DNA of 64,000 nt, from NCBI GenBank assembly GCA_018819925.1, contig JAHJPG010000096.1, positions 207-64,206 on the forward strand, given 5' to 3'. This stretch comes from Pseudomonadota bacterium. Lineage in GTDB: Bacteria; Desulfobacterota; Desulfarculia; Desulfarculales; Desulfarculaceae. Both the position numbers and the translations under genes were made by a program. This document shows positions 8,302 to 17,064 of this stretch, in pieces (within the stretch, counting starts at the first letter, position 1; each line of letters starts with the position of its first letter). The notes below the pieces were generated by a model, which ran no database searches, had not been told where the DNA came from, and saw only the letters and a list, made by a program, of their open reading frames with translations.

Positions 8302-9548
8302 GCATCAAAGGCTCGGTGAACCCGCCGGGGGACAAATCCATCTCCCACCGGGCGGGGCTGTTCTCGCTGTTGGCCACGGGAACCTGCCGGGTGAGCAACT
8401 TCTCACCCTGCGCCGACTGCGCCAGCACCCTGGAGGCGGTGAGCCGCCTGGGGGGGCGGGTGGAGCGCCAAGGCGAAGAAGTGGTGCTGCACGGCGCGGC
8501 CGGCAAGCTCGTCAGCGCGGCGGTGGACTGCGGCAACTCGGGCACCACCATGCGCCTGCTCATGGGCCTGTTGGCCGGGCGGCCGGGGAGCTTCACCCTG
8601 GACGGCGACGCCTCCCTGCGGCGGCGGCCCATGTCCCGGGTGGCCGATCCTCTAATGCGCATGGGGGCCCAGGTGAGCACCACCGACGGCCGCCCGCCGG
8701 TGACCATCGAAGGCGCGGCCTTGAACGGCCAACGCCACGAACTGGCCGTGGCCAGCGCCCAGCTCAAGAGCGCCCTGCTCCTGGCCGGGTTGCAGGCCCA
8801 GGGCGAGACCGTGGTGATCGAGCCCCACCTCAGCCGGGACCACACCGAACGCCTGCTCACGGCCATGGGCGCGGACATCGCCCCGGCCGACGAGGGCGGC
8901 TGGCGGGTGCGGCCCTCGGCTCTGGTCCTCCCCCCCAGCCTGCGGGTGCCGGGCGACGTCTCCGCCGCAGCCTTCATGCTGGTGGGGGCGATAATCACCC
9001 CGGGCAGCGAGGTGACCACCCTGGGGGTGGGGCTCAATCCCGGCCGGGTGGGCCTCATCAGCGTTCTGCAACGCATGGGGGCCAAATTGACAGTGACCGA
9101 GGAAGGCCGCGATCCCGAGCCCTGGGGTAAAGTGAGCGCCGCCTACACCCCGGAGCTGAAGGCCACCGAGGTATTGCCCCAGGAAATTCCCCTGCTGGTG
9201 GACGAGGTGCCCATCCTGGCCCTGGCCGCCACCCAGGCCCAGGGCGTCACCGTGATGCGCTCCATAAACGAGCTGCGCATCAAGGAGTCTGACCGCATCG
9301 CGGCCATAGTCACCCAACTGGGAGCTTTGGGCGCGCGCCTTTGGGAAGAGGGCGAAGACCTTTTTATAGAAGGCCCCGCGCCCTTGAAACCCCAGGGGCG
9401 CTACGATTCCTATGGCGACCACCGCATCGCCATGACCCTGGCCATCGCCGGGGTGCTCTGCGGCCAAACCCTGGAGGTGGCGGACGCTGCCTGCGCCGGG
9501 GTATCCTATCCCGACTTTTACCGCGACCTGGAGGCTCTGCAACAGTGA
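8298..9548 (+). CDS. aroA: 3-phosphoshikimate 1-carboxyvinyltransferase (EPSP synthase)
   Basis: [61 protein letters not shown]. Confidence 0.96.
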   Translation: MSIKGSVNPPGDKSISHRAGLFSLLATGTCRVSNFSPCADCASTLEAVSRLGGRVERQGEEVVLHGAAGKLVSAAVDCGNSGTTMRLLMGLLAGRPGSFTLDGDASLRRRPMSRVADPLMRMGAQVSTTDGRPPVTIEGAALNGQRHELAVASAQLKSALLLAGLQAQGETVVIEPHLSRDHTERLLTAMGADIAPADEGGWRVRPSALVLPPSLRVPGDVSAAAFMLVGAIITPGSEVTTLGVGLNPGRVGLISVLQRMGAKLTVTEEGRDPEPWGKVSAAYTPELKATEVLPQEIPLLVDEVPILALAATQAQGVTVMRSINELRIKESDRIAAIVTQLGALGARLWEEGEDLFIEGPAPLKPQGRYDSYGDHRIAMTLAIAGVLCGQTLEVADAACAGVSYPDFYRDLEALQQ

Positions 9549-10363
9549 TTCGTCTGGCGGTGATAGGCGACCAGCGGGTGATCCACTCCTTGTCGCCGCG
9601 CATGCACAACGCGGTGCTCAAAGAGGAGGGCCTGGCGGGCAGCTATGTGGCCATCCCCGTGGAGGCGGACCAGCTGGGCGCGTTTCTGGGAAGCCTGGCC
9701 GGGGGGGGCTTTGCCGGAGTGAACGTGACCGTGCCCCACAAGCAGGCGGTGCTGCCATTTTTGGACCACCTGGGCGAGGAAGCCACTACCTTGGGAGCCG
9801 TGAACACCATCGTGGTCAAGGGTGAACGCCTGGAGGGCGGCAACACCGATTGCCCCGGTTTCGCCCAGGCCTTGACCGAAACCGGCTATGCGGCCTCGGG
9901 GCGTCCCGCCCTGGTGGTGGGCGCGGGCGGGGCTGCCCGTTCGGTGGTGCTGGCCCTGGCCCGGCTGGGGGCCGCGCCCCTGTGGGTGGCCGCCCGGCGT
10001 CCCGCCCAGGCCCGGGCCCTGTGCGCCGAGCTAGGCGGCGAGGCCATAGACATGGAACAGGCCGCCCTGGCCGTGGCCGACGCCCGCTTGCTGGTAAACG
10101 CGGCTGCCGCCTCCAGCCCGAAGGAATCGCCCGAACTGGCCGCCTGGGCAGGATCTCTTAACGCGTCCCGCTTGGAGCAGGTGATGGACATCAACTATGG
10201 ACGCAACGACAACTTCTGGGCCGAACTGGCCCAAGCTCACGATGCCCGCTTTGCCGACGGCCTGGTCATGCTGGCCCATCAGGCGGCCCTGAGCTTCACC
10301 CGCTGGACCGGGCGGCCGGTGGCCGGGGCGCGCTTCCTGGCCGCCCTGGAGGGTGCGGCATGA
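9545..10363 (+). CDS. aroE: shikimate dehydrogenase
   Basis: GTG start overlapping aroA stop; HSLSPRMHN, NVTVPHK, GAVNT, NTD, GAGGAA, DGLVMLAHQA. Confidence 0.93.
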   Translation: MIRLAVIGDQRVIHSLSPRMHNAVLKEEGLAGSYVAIPVEADQLGAFLGSLAGGGFAGVNVTVPHKQAVLPFLDHLGEEATTLGAVNTIVVKGERLEGGNTDCPGFAQALTETGYAASGRPALVVGAGGAARSVVLALARLGAAPLWVAARRPAQARALCAELGGEAIDMEQAALAVADARLLVNAAAASSPKESPELAAWAGSLNASRLEQVMDINYGRNDNFWAELAQAHDARFADGLVMLAHQAALSFTRWTGRPVAGARFLAALEGAA

Positions 10364-11919
10364 GCGGCAACATCTACCTCACCGGCTTCATGGGCGCGGG
10401 CAAGAGCACCGTGGGCCGCCTGCTGGCCCAGGCCCTGGGCCGCCGCCTGGTGAGCCTGGACCAGCGCATCGTCCGCCGTTTGCGCCAGCCCGTCACCGAG
10501 GCCTTCGCCCGCCGGGGCGAGGAGGTTTTTCGCCAAGTCGAGAGCGAGGAGCTGGCTAGAGTGGCCGGGGAAAAGGGCCTGGTGGTGGACCTGGGCGGCG
10601 GAGCGGCGGTCAGCGAGCATAACCGCGAGCTGATGCACGCCAGCGGCGGCATCGTGCACCTGGCCGCCGGCCTGGACACCTGCCGCAAGCGCCTGGGGCC
10701 CCACGAGGTGTCCACCCGCCCCCTGTGGCGGGACAAGAAAGCCGTGGAGCGGCTCTTCAAGGCCCGGCAAGAGGCCTACGCCGATTGCGGCCTCAGGGTG
10801 GAGGTGGATCAGCTTGACGCCGGGCAGGCGGCCCAGGCCGTGGCCGCCGGTTTGTTGGGGGTGGAGGAGTTCACCCTGGAGATGGAGGGCAAGCCCTGCC
10901 TGGTGCATAGCTCCTGGGGAGCCCAGGCGGCCCTGGCCGAGGCCACCGAGGGCCGCCGGGTGGTGCTGCTCACCGACCGCAAGGTGGCCGCCCTGCACGG
11001 GGCCCGCTACCGCGAGGCGCTGGGCGATCATCTGCTGATAACCTTGCCGCCGGGCGAGAACAGCAAGAGCCTCAAAACCGCCGAGAAGGTGTACCAGCAG
11101 ATGCTGGCCGCGCGCATCGAGCGCGGGGACATGCTCCTGGCCCTGGGCGGCGGAGTGATGACCGACCTGGGGGCCTTTGTGGCCGCCACCTACAAGCGGG
11201 GCATGGACTTTCTGCTGGCCTCCACCACCCTGCTGGGCTGCGTGGACGCGGCGGTGGGCGGCAAGGCTGCGGTGAACCTGGGCCCGGCCAAAAACCAGGT
11301 GGGCTGTTTTACTCAGCCGCGCATGGTGCTCCTGGACCTGCAAGCCCTGGCCACCCTGCCCAAGTCCCAGCGGGTGGAGGGCCTGGCCGAGGCCTACAAG
11401 ACCGGCCTGGTGGCCGACCCCGAGCTGGCCCGTTTGTGCCAGCAGGATATGGACCTGTTCTTAAAGGGCGAGGTGCTGGGCCTGGCCCAGGTGGTGCGCC
11501 GCTCGGTGCGGGCCAAGGCCGAAGTGGTGGGCCAGGACTTTCGCGAAGGCGGCCGCAGGGCCATACTTAACTTCGGCCACACCTATGGCCACGCCCTGGA
11601 GGGCTGGCACCGCTACCGCCTGGGTCACGGCCAGGCCGTGGGCGGGGGCATGCTGGTGGCTACGGCCCTATCCGCCGGGCGCGGTATGCTGACGCAGGAG
11701 CAGGCCGAATCGATTTACCGCACGGTCAAGCCCCTGCTGCCCGCTGACCTGGCCTGGGCCCCGGCGGAAGAGGCCTGGGAGATCATGTTGGACGACAAAA
11801 AGAACATCAAGGGCAAGGTGCGTTTCGTGCTTTTGAAGGAAGTGGGCCAGCCGGTGGTGGTGGACGATGTGACCCCCCAGGAACTGGCCCAGGCCCTGGC
11901 CCAGGCGCGAGAGATATAA
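10360..11919 (+). CDS. aroKB: bifunctional shikimate kinase / 3-dehydroquinate synthase
   Basis: N-terminal TGFMGAGKS P-loop, DLGGG, RPL (AroK); C-terminal LGGGVMTDL, TTLLGCVDAAVGGK, LNFGHTYGHALE, HGQAV, DKK (AroB). Confidence 0.93.
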   Translation: MSGNIYLTGFMGAGKSTVGRLLAQALGRRLVSLDQRIVRRLRQPVTEAFARRGEEVFRQVESEELARVAGEKGLVVDLGGGAAVSEHNRELMHASGGIVHLAAGLDTCRKRLGPHEVSTRPLWRDKKAVERLFKARQEAYADCGLRVEVDQLDAGQAAQAVAAGLLGVEEFTLEMEGKPCLVHSSWGAQAALAEATEGRRVVLLTDRKVAALHGARYREALGDHLLITLPPGENSKSLKTAEKVYQQMLAARIERGDMLLALGGGVMTDLGAFVAATYKRGMDFLLASTTLLGCVDAAVGGKAAVNLGPAKNQVGCFTQPRMVLLDLQALATLPKSQRVEGLAEAYKTGLVADPELARLCQQDMDLFLKGEVLGLAQVVRRSVRAKAEVVGQDFREGGRRAILNFGHTYGHALEGWHRYRLGHGQAVGGGMLVATALSAGRGMLTQEQAESIYRTVKPLLPADLAWAPAEEAWEIMLDDKKNIKGKVRFVLLKEVGQPVVVDDVTPQELAQALAQAREI

Positions 11920-11921
11920 TC

Positions 11922-12983
11922 ATGAGCAGCTTCAGCGGCGAAATCCTCAAGGTGGCCACCTTTGGCGAGTCCCACGGCCCGGCCGTGGGGGTGGTGGTGG
12001 AGGGCGCTCCTGCCGGGATCGCCCTGGAGCGCCAGGCCATCCAGGACGAGCTGGACCGCCGCCGCCCGGGAACCACGCCCTTGGCTTCGGCCCGCCAGGA
12101 GGCCGACCAGGTGGAGATACTCTCCGGGGTGGCCGATGGCCGCACCCTGGGCAGCCCCATCGCCTTGCTGGTGCGCAACATTGACGCCCGCTCCAAGGAC
12201 TACTCGGCCCTGGCCGACAAGTTCCGCCCCGGCCACGCCGACTACACCTACTGGCGCAAGTACGGCCTGCCGCCCCAGCCCGGCGGGGGGCGCTCCTCGG
12301 GCCGCGAGACCGTGGGCCGGGTGGCCGCCGGGGCGGTGGCCCGGGCCATCTTGGCGCCTTTGGGCGTGGAGCTTGCGGCCTACACCATTCAGGTGGGGCC
12401 GATTAGGGCTGGGGCCATTGATCCGGCCTTTGCCCGTGAGCATCCCCTGCGCGCCGCAGATCCCAACCAGGCCGAGGCCATGGTGGCCGAGGTCATGGCC
12501 GCCCGCGCCGCCGGCGATTCGGTGGGCGGGGTGGTGGAGTTGGTGATAAACGGAGCGCCAGCCGGTCTGGGCGATCCGGTGTTCGGCAAGCTGGACGCCC
12601 GCCTGGGCGGGGCCATGCTCTCCATCGGCGGGGTCAAGGGGGTGGAGATCGGCGACGGCTTTGCCGCAGCCGCCCGCCGGGGCTCGGCCAACAACGACCA
12701 GATGGACGCGGACGGATTTTTGTCCAACCACTGCGGCGGCATTTTGGGGGGCATCAGCAACGGCATGCCCTTGGTGCTGCGCCTGGCCATCAAGCCCACC
12801 CCCTCCATATCCCAGGTCCAGCGCACCCAAAACCTGGCGGGCGAGGCGGTGGAGATAAGCATCGCCGGGCGGCACGACCCCTGCCTGTGCGGGCGCATCG
12901 CCCCGGTGGCCGAGGCCATGGCCGCCCTGGTGCTGGCCGACGCCTGGCTCATGCAAAAGGCCCAGGCAAGGAGCGAAAAATGA
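11922..12983 (+). CDS. aroC: chorismate synthase
   Basis: TFGESHGPAVG, RRRPG, RPGHAD, GGGRSSGRETVGRVAAGA, GDSVGG, GGILGGISNG, KPTPSI, GRHDPC. Confidence 0.97.
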   Translation: MSSFSGEILKVATFGESHGPAVGVVVEGAPAGIALERQAIQDELDRRRPGTTPLASARQEADQVEILSGVADGRTLGSPIALLVRNIDARSKDYSALADKFRPGHADYTYWRKYGLPPQPGGGRSSGRETVGRVAAGAVARAILAPLGVELAAYTIQVGPIRAGAIDPAFAREHPLRAADPNQAEAMVAEVMAARAAGDSVGGVVELVINGAPAGLGDPVFGKLDARLGGAMLSIGGVKGVEIGDGFAAAARRGSANNDQMDADGFLSNHCGGILGGISNGMPLVLRLAIKPTPSISQVQRTQNLAGEAVEISIAGRHDPCLCGRIAPVAEAMAALVLADAWLMQKAQARSEK

Positions 12984-13420
12984 AGATCCTGCTGCTCAAC
13001 GGACCCAACCTGAACATGCTGGGCCGCCGCGAGTCCGAGCACTACGGCAGCCTGACCCTTGATGAGATCAACCGGCGGATGGGTGAATTGGCCAACGTGC
13101 TGGGCCTGGAGCTGGGCTTTGCCCAATCCAACCACGAGGGCGAGCTGGTGGACATCCTGCAAGGGGCGGCCCCGGAGTACGCCGGGGTGGCGCTCAACGC
13201 CGGGGGCTACACCCACACCAGCGTGGCCATCCGCGATGCGGTGCTCTGCTGCGGGGTGCCGGTGGTGGAGGTGCATCTGAGCAACCCGGCGGCCCGCGAG
13301 GAGTTTCGCCGTTTCTCCTATTTGTCCGGGGCCTGCGCGGGATCAGTGGCCGGTTTCGGTTGGCGCTCCTACGCCTTGGCCCTGCATTGGTTCGCCATGT
13401 TACAAGGCGATGAACAATAG
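12980..13420 (+). CDS. aroQ: type II 3-dehydroquinate dehydratase
   Basis: LLNGPNLNMLGRRE..YG, QSNHEGELVD, NAGGYTHTSVAIRDA, EVHLSN..ARE.FR. Confidence 0.96.
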   Translation: MKILLLNGPNLNMLGRRESEHYGSLTLDEINRRMGELANVLGLELGFAQSNHEGELVDILQGAAPEYAGVALNAGGYTHTSVAIRDAVLCCGVPVVEVHLSNPAAREEFRRFSYLSGACAGSVAGFGWRSYALALHWFAMLQGDEQ

Positions 13421-13450
13421 GGCCGTTGGCGGGGCGTTGTTCTTTTGCCA

Positions 13451-13479
13451 TTGACAAGCCCGGCCCCGAGGGGTTTACT
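13451..13479 (+). promoter_or_regulatory. sigma70-like promoter of Phe/Tyr operon
   Basis: TTGACA-17bp-TTTACT. Confidence 0.6.
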
Positions 13480-13531
13480 TAGCACAACCCAACTCGGTCC
13501 AAAATGGACTGGCAAGGAACCTAAAGTAAAA

Positions 13532-13645
13532 ATGACGGGCAGAGCGGAAATAATGATTGACGGCCAGGGGCGATTTAGCTCCGGGGACGTCTTTTTTTAT
13601 TTTTATTATTTTACCGCCGTCTGCCCAAGGGCTGGGGAGGGTTAA
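13532..13645 (+). CDS. pheL: Phe/Tyr leader peptide (37 aa, ...DVFFYFYYFTAV...)
   Basis: AAGGA upstream of ATG 13532 (alternative ATG 13553); codons TTT TTT TAT TTT TAT TAT TTT at 13592-13612, highly anomalous in a GC3-rich genome; terminator follows. Confidence 0.88.
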   Translation: MTGRAEIMIDGQGRFSSGDVFFYFYYFTAVCPRAGEG

Positions 13646-13672
13646 CGCCGAACTAGGCTAAACCAAGCAACC

Positions 13673-13715
13673 AAGGCCATGGGCAGACTGAGAAAGTCGC
13701 CCATGGCCTTTTTTT
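13673..13715 (+). terminator. attenuator terminator before aroF2-pheA-tyrA
   Basis: AAGGCCATGGGC..GAC-TGAGAAA-GTC..GCCCATGGCCTT + TTTTT; alternative pairing of TGGGCAGAC (13680-88) with GTCTGCCCA (13619-27). Confidence 0.9.
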
Positions 13716-13772
13716 GTTTGGGGCAGGCGGGGCGACCAGAAGTTGGCTCTGGCAATAAGAGGAACGATAAAG

Positions 13773-14675
13773 ATGGCACTGGCAAGTAAAATGGAAAGTA
13801 AAGTGGCAGCGGTCGAGGCGGTGACCGCCGGGGCGGTGGCTCAACGGCTCAAACCCCAGGCGTTGCTGGTAAGCCGCGAGGCCAAATCCGAGGACACCGT
13901 GGTTCACGCCGGGGCGGTGAGCGTGGGCGGCGGCAGTTTTACGGTCATCGCCGGGCCCTGCTCGGTGGAGAACGCCGAGCAGATGCTCTGTACCGCCCAG
14001 TGGGCCAAGCGCTACGGCGCGGCCATTCTCAGGGGCGGGGCTTACAAGCCGCGCACCTCTCCTTACAGCTTCCAGGGGTTGGGCCAGGAAGGCCTGGAGC
14101 TTTTGGCCCAGGCCCGCCGGCTCACCGGCCTGCCGGTGGTCACCGAGGTGATGGACACCAGCGACATAGAGCTGGTGGCCCAATACGCCGACGTGATCCA
14201 GGTGGGGGCACGCAATGTGCAGAACTTCTCCCTGCTGCGCAAGCTGGGCCAGGTGCGCCGTCCCATCCTCATGAAGCGCGGCCTGATGACCACCATCAAG
14301 GAATTCCTCATGGCCGCCGAGTACATCCTGGCTGGGGGCAACGACCAGGTCATCCTGTGCGAGCGAGGCATCCGCACCTTCGAGACGGCCACCCGCAACA
14401 CTCTGGATCTCAGCGCGGTGTGCGTGCTCAAGGAAATGACCCACCTGCCGGTGGTGGTGGACCCCAGCCACGCGGTGGGCAACCGCCGTTACGTCAAGCC
14501 CCTGGCCCGCGCCTCCCTGGCGGTGGGCGCCGACGGCATCATGGTGGAGATGCACTGCACCCCGGAAAAAGCCCTTTGCGACGGCGATCAGTCCCTGACC
14601 CCCAAGGAATTTTCAGCCATGATGGAAGAACTTAAAGCCATGACCGCCCTGCGCCAGGGCTGGTTGGCCTGCTAA
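13773..14675 (+). CDS. aroF: DAHP synthase type I-beta lacking the N-terminal regulatory domain
   Basis: [50 protein letters not shown]; only about 30 aa before the catalytic barrel; start ATG 13773 after AGAGGA. Confidence 0.9.
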   Translation: MALASKMESKVAAVEAVTAGAVAQRLKPQALLVSREAKSEDTVVHAGAVSVGGGSFTVIAGPCSVENAEQMLCTAQWAKRYGAAILRGGAYKPRTSPYSFQGLGQEGLELLAQARRLTGLPVVTEVMDTSDIELVAQYADVIQVGARNVQNFSLLRKLGQVRRPILMKRGLMTTIKEFLMAAEYILAGGNDQVILCERGIRTFETATRNTLDLSAVCVLKEMTHLPVVVDPSHAVGNRRYVKPLARASLAVGADGIMVEMHCTPEKALCDGDQSLTPKEFSAMMEELKAMTALRQGWLAC

Positions 14676-14687
14676 AGGAACACAGCC

Positions 14688-15821
14688 ATGACTACCATGC
14701 CCAGCCAAGCCATGCCCGAAACCGGCGCCGCGAAGCTTGACAACCCCGCCGCCGAGGGCATCAAGGTGCTTCGCGAAGAGATAGACAGGATCGACAGGGA
14801 GTTGCTGGGGCTGCTCAACCAGCGGGCCCGCCTGGCCTTGAAGATCGGCCGGCGCAAACAGGCCGCCGGAATGCCGGTGTTCGTGCCCGAGCGCGAGAAC
14901 GACTTGTTGGACAAGCTCGCCAAGAGCAATCGCGGCCCCTTGCCCGACGGCTACCTGCGCAACATCTTCCGCGAGGTGGTCTCCGCCTGCCGTTCGGTGC
15001 AGCAGCCCCTACGAGTGGCTTTCCTGGGACCGGAGTTCACCTTTAGCCACCAGGCCGCCTTGCAGCACTTTGGCCATAGCTGCACGCTGGCCCCCCAGAC
15101 CGGCATTGCCGAGGTTTTCCGCGAGGTGGAGGGAGGCCGTTGCCAGGTGGGCCTGGTGCCGGTGGAAAACTCCGGAGAGGGTGCGGTGGGCGCTTCCCTG
15201 GATCAGTTCATGACCACCCCGCTCAAGGTTTGCGGCGAGGTTTTCACCCCCATAAGCCACATGCTCATGTCCCGCGAGGAGGACCTGGACGCCATCGCCA
15301 CGGTCTACTCCCACCCCCAAGCCCTGGCCCAGTGCCGGGCCTGGTTGAGCCGCAATATGCCCCAGGCCCGGGTGGCCGAGGCTCCCAGCACCGCCGCCGC
15401 CGCCCGACTGGCGGCCGATAACGCCGGTTCGGCAGCGGTGGGCGCCGCCGCCGCCGCCGGGCAGCATGGTCTGAAGATTCTGGCCGAGAACATTCAGGAC
15501 TATTCCCACAACACCACCCGTTTCTTGGTGATCGGCACCCAGGATGTGCCCCCTTGCGGCCAGGACAAGACCACCTTGATGTTTTTGACCGCCCACCGCC
15601 CCGGTTCCCTGTACCAGGCACTGGGCGAGTTGGCCGAATTGGGCATAAACCTTAGCCGCATCGAGAGCCGCCCCACCAAGGACCGGCCCTGGGAATACGC
15701 CTTCTTCGTGGACCTGCACGGTCATCGGCAGGATTCGAAGGTGGCCAAGGCCCTGGCCGCCTTGGAGAGTCAGGTGGAGCGCCTAAGGGTGTTGGGATCT
15801 TTTCCCATTGGAGAGATGTAG
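14688..15821 (+). CDS. pheA: chorismate mutase / prephenate dehydratase (P-protein)
   Basis: LREEIDRIDRELLGLLNQR..IGRRK..FVPERE (AroQ CM); FLGPEFTFSHQAA, VPVENSGEG, SHPQALAQC, NTTRF, GINLSRIESRP (PDT+ACT). Confidence 0.96.
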   Translation: MTTMPSQAMPETGAAKLDNPAAEGIKVLREEIDRIDRELLGLLNQRARLALKIGRRKQAAGMPVFVPERENDLLDKLAKSNRGPLPDGYLRNIFREVVSACRSVQQPLRVAFLGPEFTFSHQAALQHFGHSCTLAPQTGIAEVFREVEGGRCQVGLVPVENSGEGAVGASLDQFMTTPLKVCGEVFTPISHMLMSREEDLDAIATVYSHPQALAQCRAWLSRNMPQARVAEAPSTAAAARLAADNAGSAAVGAAAAAGQHGLKILAENIQDYSHNTTRFLVIGTQDVPPCGQDKTTLMFLTAHRPGSLYQALGELAELGINLSRIESRPTKDRPWEYAFFVDLHGHRQDSKVAKALAALESQVERLRVLGSFPIGEM

Positions 15822-15823
15822 CC

Positions 15824-16675
15824 ATGAACTCGGAGGATGATTTTAGAGGCATTGCCTCGCCCGCCCGGCCCGGCTCCGCCGCCGAGCTGACCGTGGGCAT
15901 AATCGGGGCCCAGGGCCGCATGGGCTCGTGGATGCGCCGCCTGCTGGAGCCGGCGGTGGGCCGTCTGCTCACCGCCGACATAAAGGGCGAGCCGGTCACC
16001 CCGGAGTGGGTGGCCGGCTGCCAGGTGATCATCCTGGCCGTGCCGGTGCATGCGGTGGAAGGGGTGATGGAGGCCATCGGCCCCCACACCGACCCCGAGG
16101 GAGTGGTGGTGGATATCTCCTCGCTCAAGCAAATGCCCCTGACCAGCATGCTGGCCCATGCCCGTGGAGAGGTGGTGGGGGCCCATCCCCTGTTCGGCCC
16201 CGGCGCGCCCTCCCTGGAGGGTCAGGTGGTGTTCCTCAGTCAGGGCCGGGGCCGGCGCTGGCTGGCCTGGTTTCGCGGCTTTTTGCGCCAACAGGGAGCC
16301 CGGCCGGTGGTCATGGCCCCAGAGCGCCACGACCGGCTCATGGCCCAGGTGCAGACGCTCAGGCATCTGCTGCTCTACGCCTTTGGCTGGAGCCTGATGC
16401 GCATGGGCTACAGCCCAGAGGCCGACGGCGACATCTCCGGCCCCTGGTTCCGCGAGTTGCTGACCCTTCTGGCCCGCCAGAGCGCCCAACCCGCCGAGCT
16501 CTACGCCGATTTGGCCCTGAACAACCCCGGCGGCCTGGACGCGGCCCGCACCCTGCTGCAAGGCCTGGGCTCCATGGTCTCGGCCCTGGAAGGCAAGGAC
16601 CGGGGGGCCCTGGTGCACACCATGGACGAAGTGGGGGCTTTCATGAAAAACAGCCGAGCCGAACTCTGTGCTTGA
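15824..16675 (+). CDS. tyrA: prephenate dehydrogenase
   Basis: GIIGAQGRMG Rossmann, ILAVP, VDISSLKQ, GAHPLFGP, PERHDRLMAQVQ.L.H; follows pheA. Confidence 0.9.
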   Translation: MNSEDDFRGIASPARPGSAAELTVGIIGAQGRMGSWMRRLLEPAVGRLLTADIKGEPVTPEWVAGCQVIILAVPVHAVEGVMEAIGPHTDPEGVVVDISSLKQMPLTSMLAHARGEVVGAHPLFGPGAPSLEGQVVFLSQGRGRRWLAWFRGFLRQQGARPVVMAPERHDRLMAQVQTLRHLLLYAFGWSLMRMGYSPEADGDISGPWFRELLTLLARQSAQPAELYADLALNNPGGLDAARTLLQGLGSMVSALEGKDRGALVHTMDEVGAFMKNSRAELCA

Positions 16676-16700
16676 CCGGAGCCGAGTTTGGGGGTAATTT
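16672..16700 (+). promoter_or_regulatory. sigma70-like internal promoter for trpDCFBA leader
   Basis: TTGACC-17bp-TAATTT; -35 overlaps tyrA stop codon. Confidence 0.55.
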
Positions 16701-16731
16701 TTGTATACAGAAATTAAACGGAGATTTTGGG

Positions 16732-16803
16732 ATGTTTAACACTGCGTGGCGCTATTGGTGGCGGAACTGGAATAGGAGTGGTCCACCCGCGCCGGGGCGT
16801 TAG
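16732..16803 (+). CDS. trpL: Trp leader peptide A (MFNTAWRYWWRNWNRSGPPAPGR)
   Basis: ACGGAG RBS, ATG 16732, 4 Trp codons in 23 aa, TAG 16801-03. Confidence 0.9.
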   Translation: MFNTAWRYWWRNWNRSGPPAPGR

Positions 16804-16827
16804 GCACCAAAGCTAAAGCAGGCAATC

Positions 16828-16874
16828 ACCGGGGCCGTGGACCACAAGAGGGTTCACGGCCCCGGTTCTTTTTT
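16828..16874 (+). terminator. attenuator terminator A
   Basis: 16-bp stem ACCGGGGCCGTGGACC / GGTTCACGGCCCCGGT + TCTTTTTT; antiterminator GTGGTCCAC(16778-86):GTGGACCAC(16837-45). Confidence 0.92.
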
Positions 16875-16892
16875 GAGGCAAGGCAGGACGGC

Positions 16893-16976
16893 ATGAACAT
16901 CGAGCGGCATACATTCCAAGGCGTTTATGGGTGGCGGTGGTGGCGTTTCACCAAACGGGAGTCCGTTTTGCCCTAG
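16893..16976 (+). CDS. trpL: Trp leader peptide B (MNIERHTFQGVYGWRWWRFTKRESVLP)
   Basis: CAGGAC upstream, ATG 16893, W-R-W-W-R, TAG 16974-76. Confidence 0.88.
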   Translation: MNIERHTFQGVYGWRWWRFTKRESVLP

Positions 16977-17003
16977 ACCGCCCTCAGGCGCCGGGCCAAG
17001 CAA

Positions 17004-17044
17004 CCGCGGACTCCCAAGTGGGGAGTTCGCGGATTTTGTTTTTT
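17004..17044 (+). terminator. attenuator terminator B
   Basis: 12-bp stem CCGCGGACTCCC / GGGAGTTCGCGG + TTTTGTTTTTT; antiterminator GGGAGTCCG(16957-65):CGGACTCCC(17007-15). Confidence 0.92.
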
Positions 17045-17064
17045 AGAGGTGGGAGAAAGCAGCC

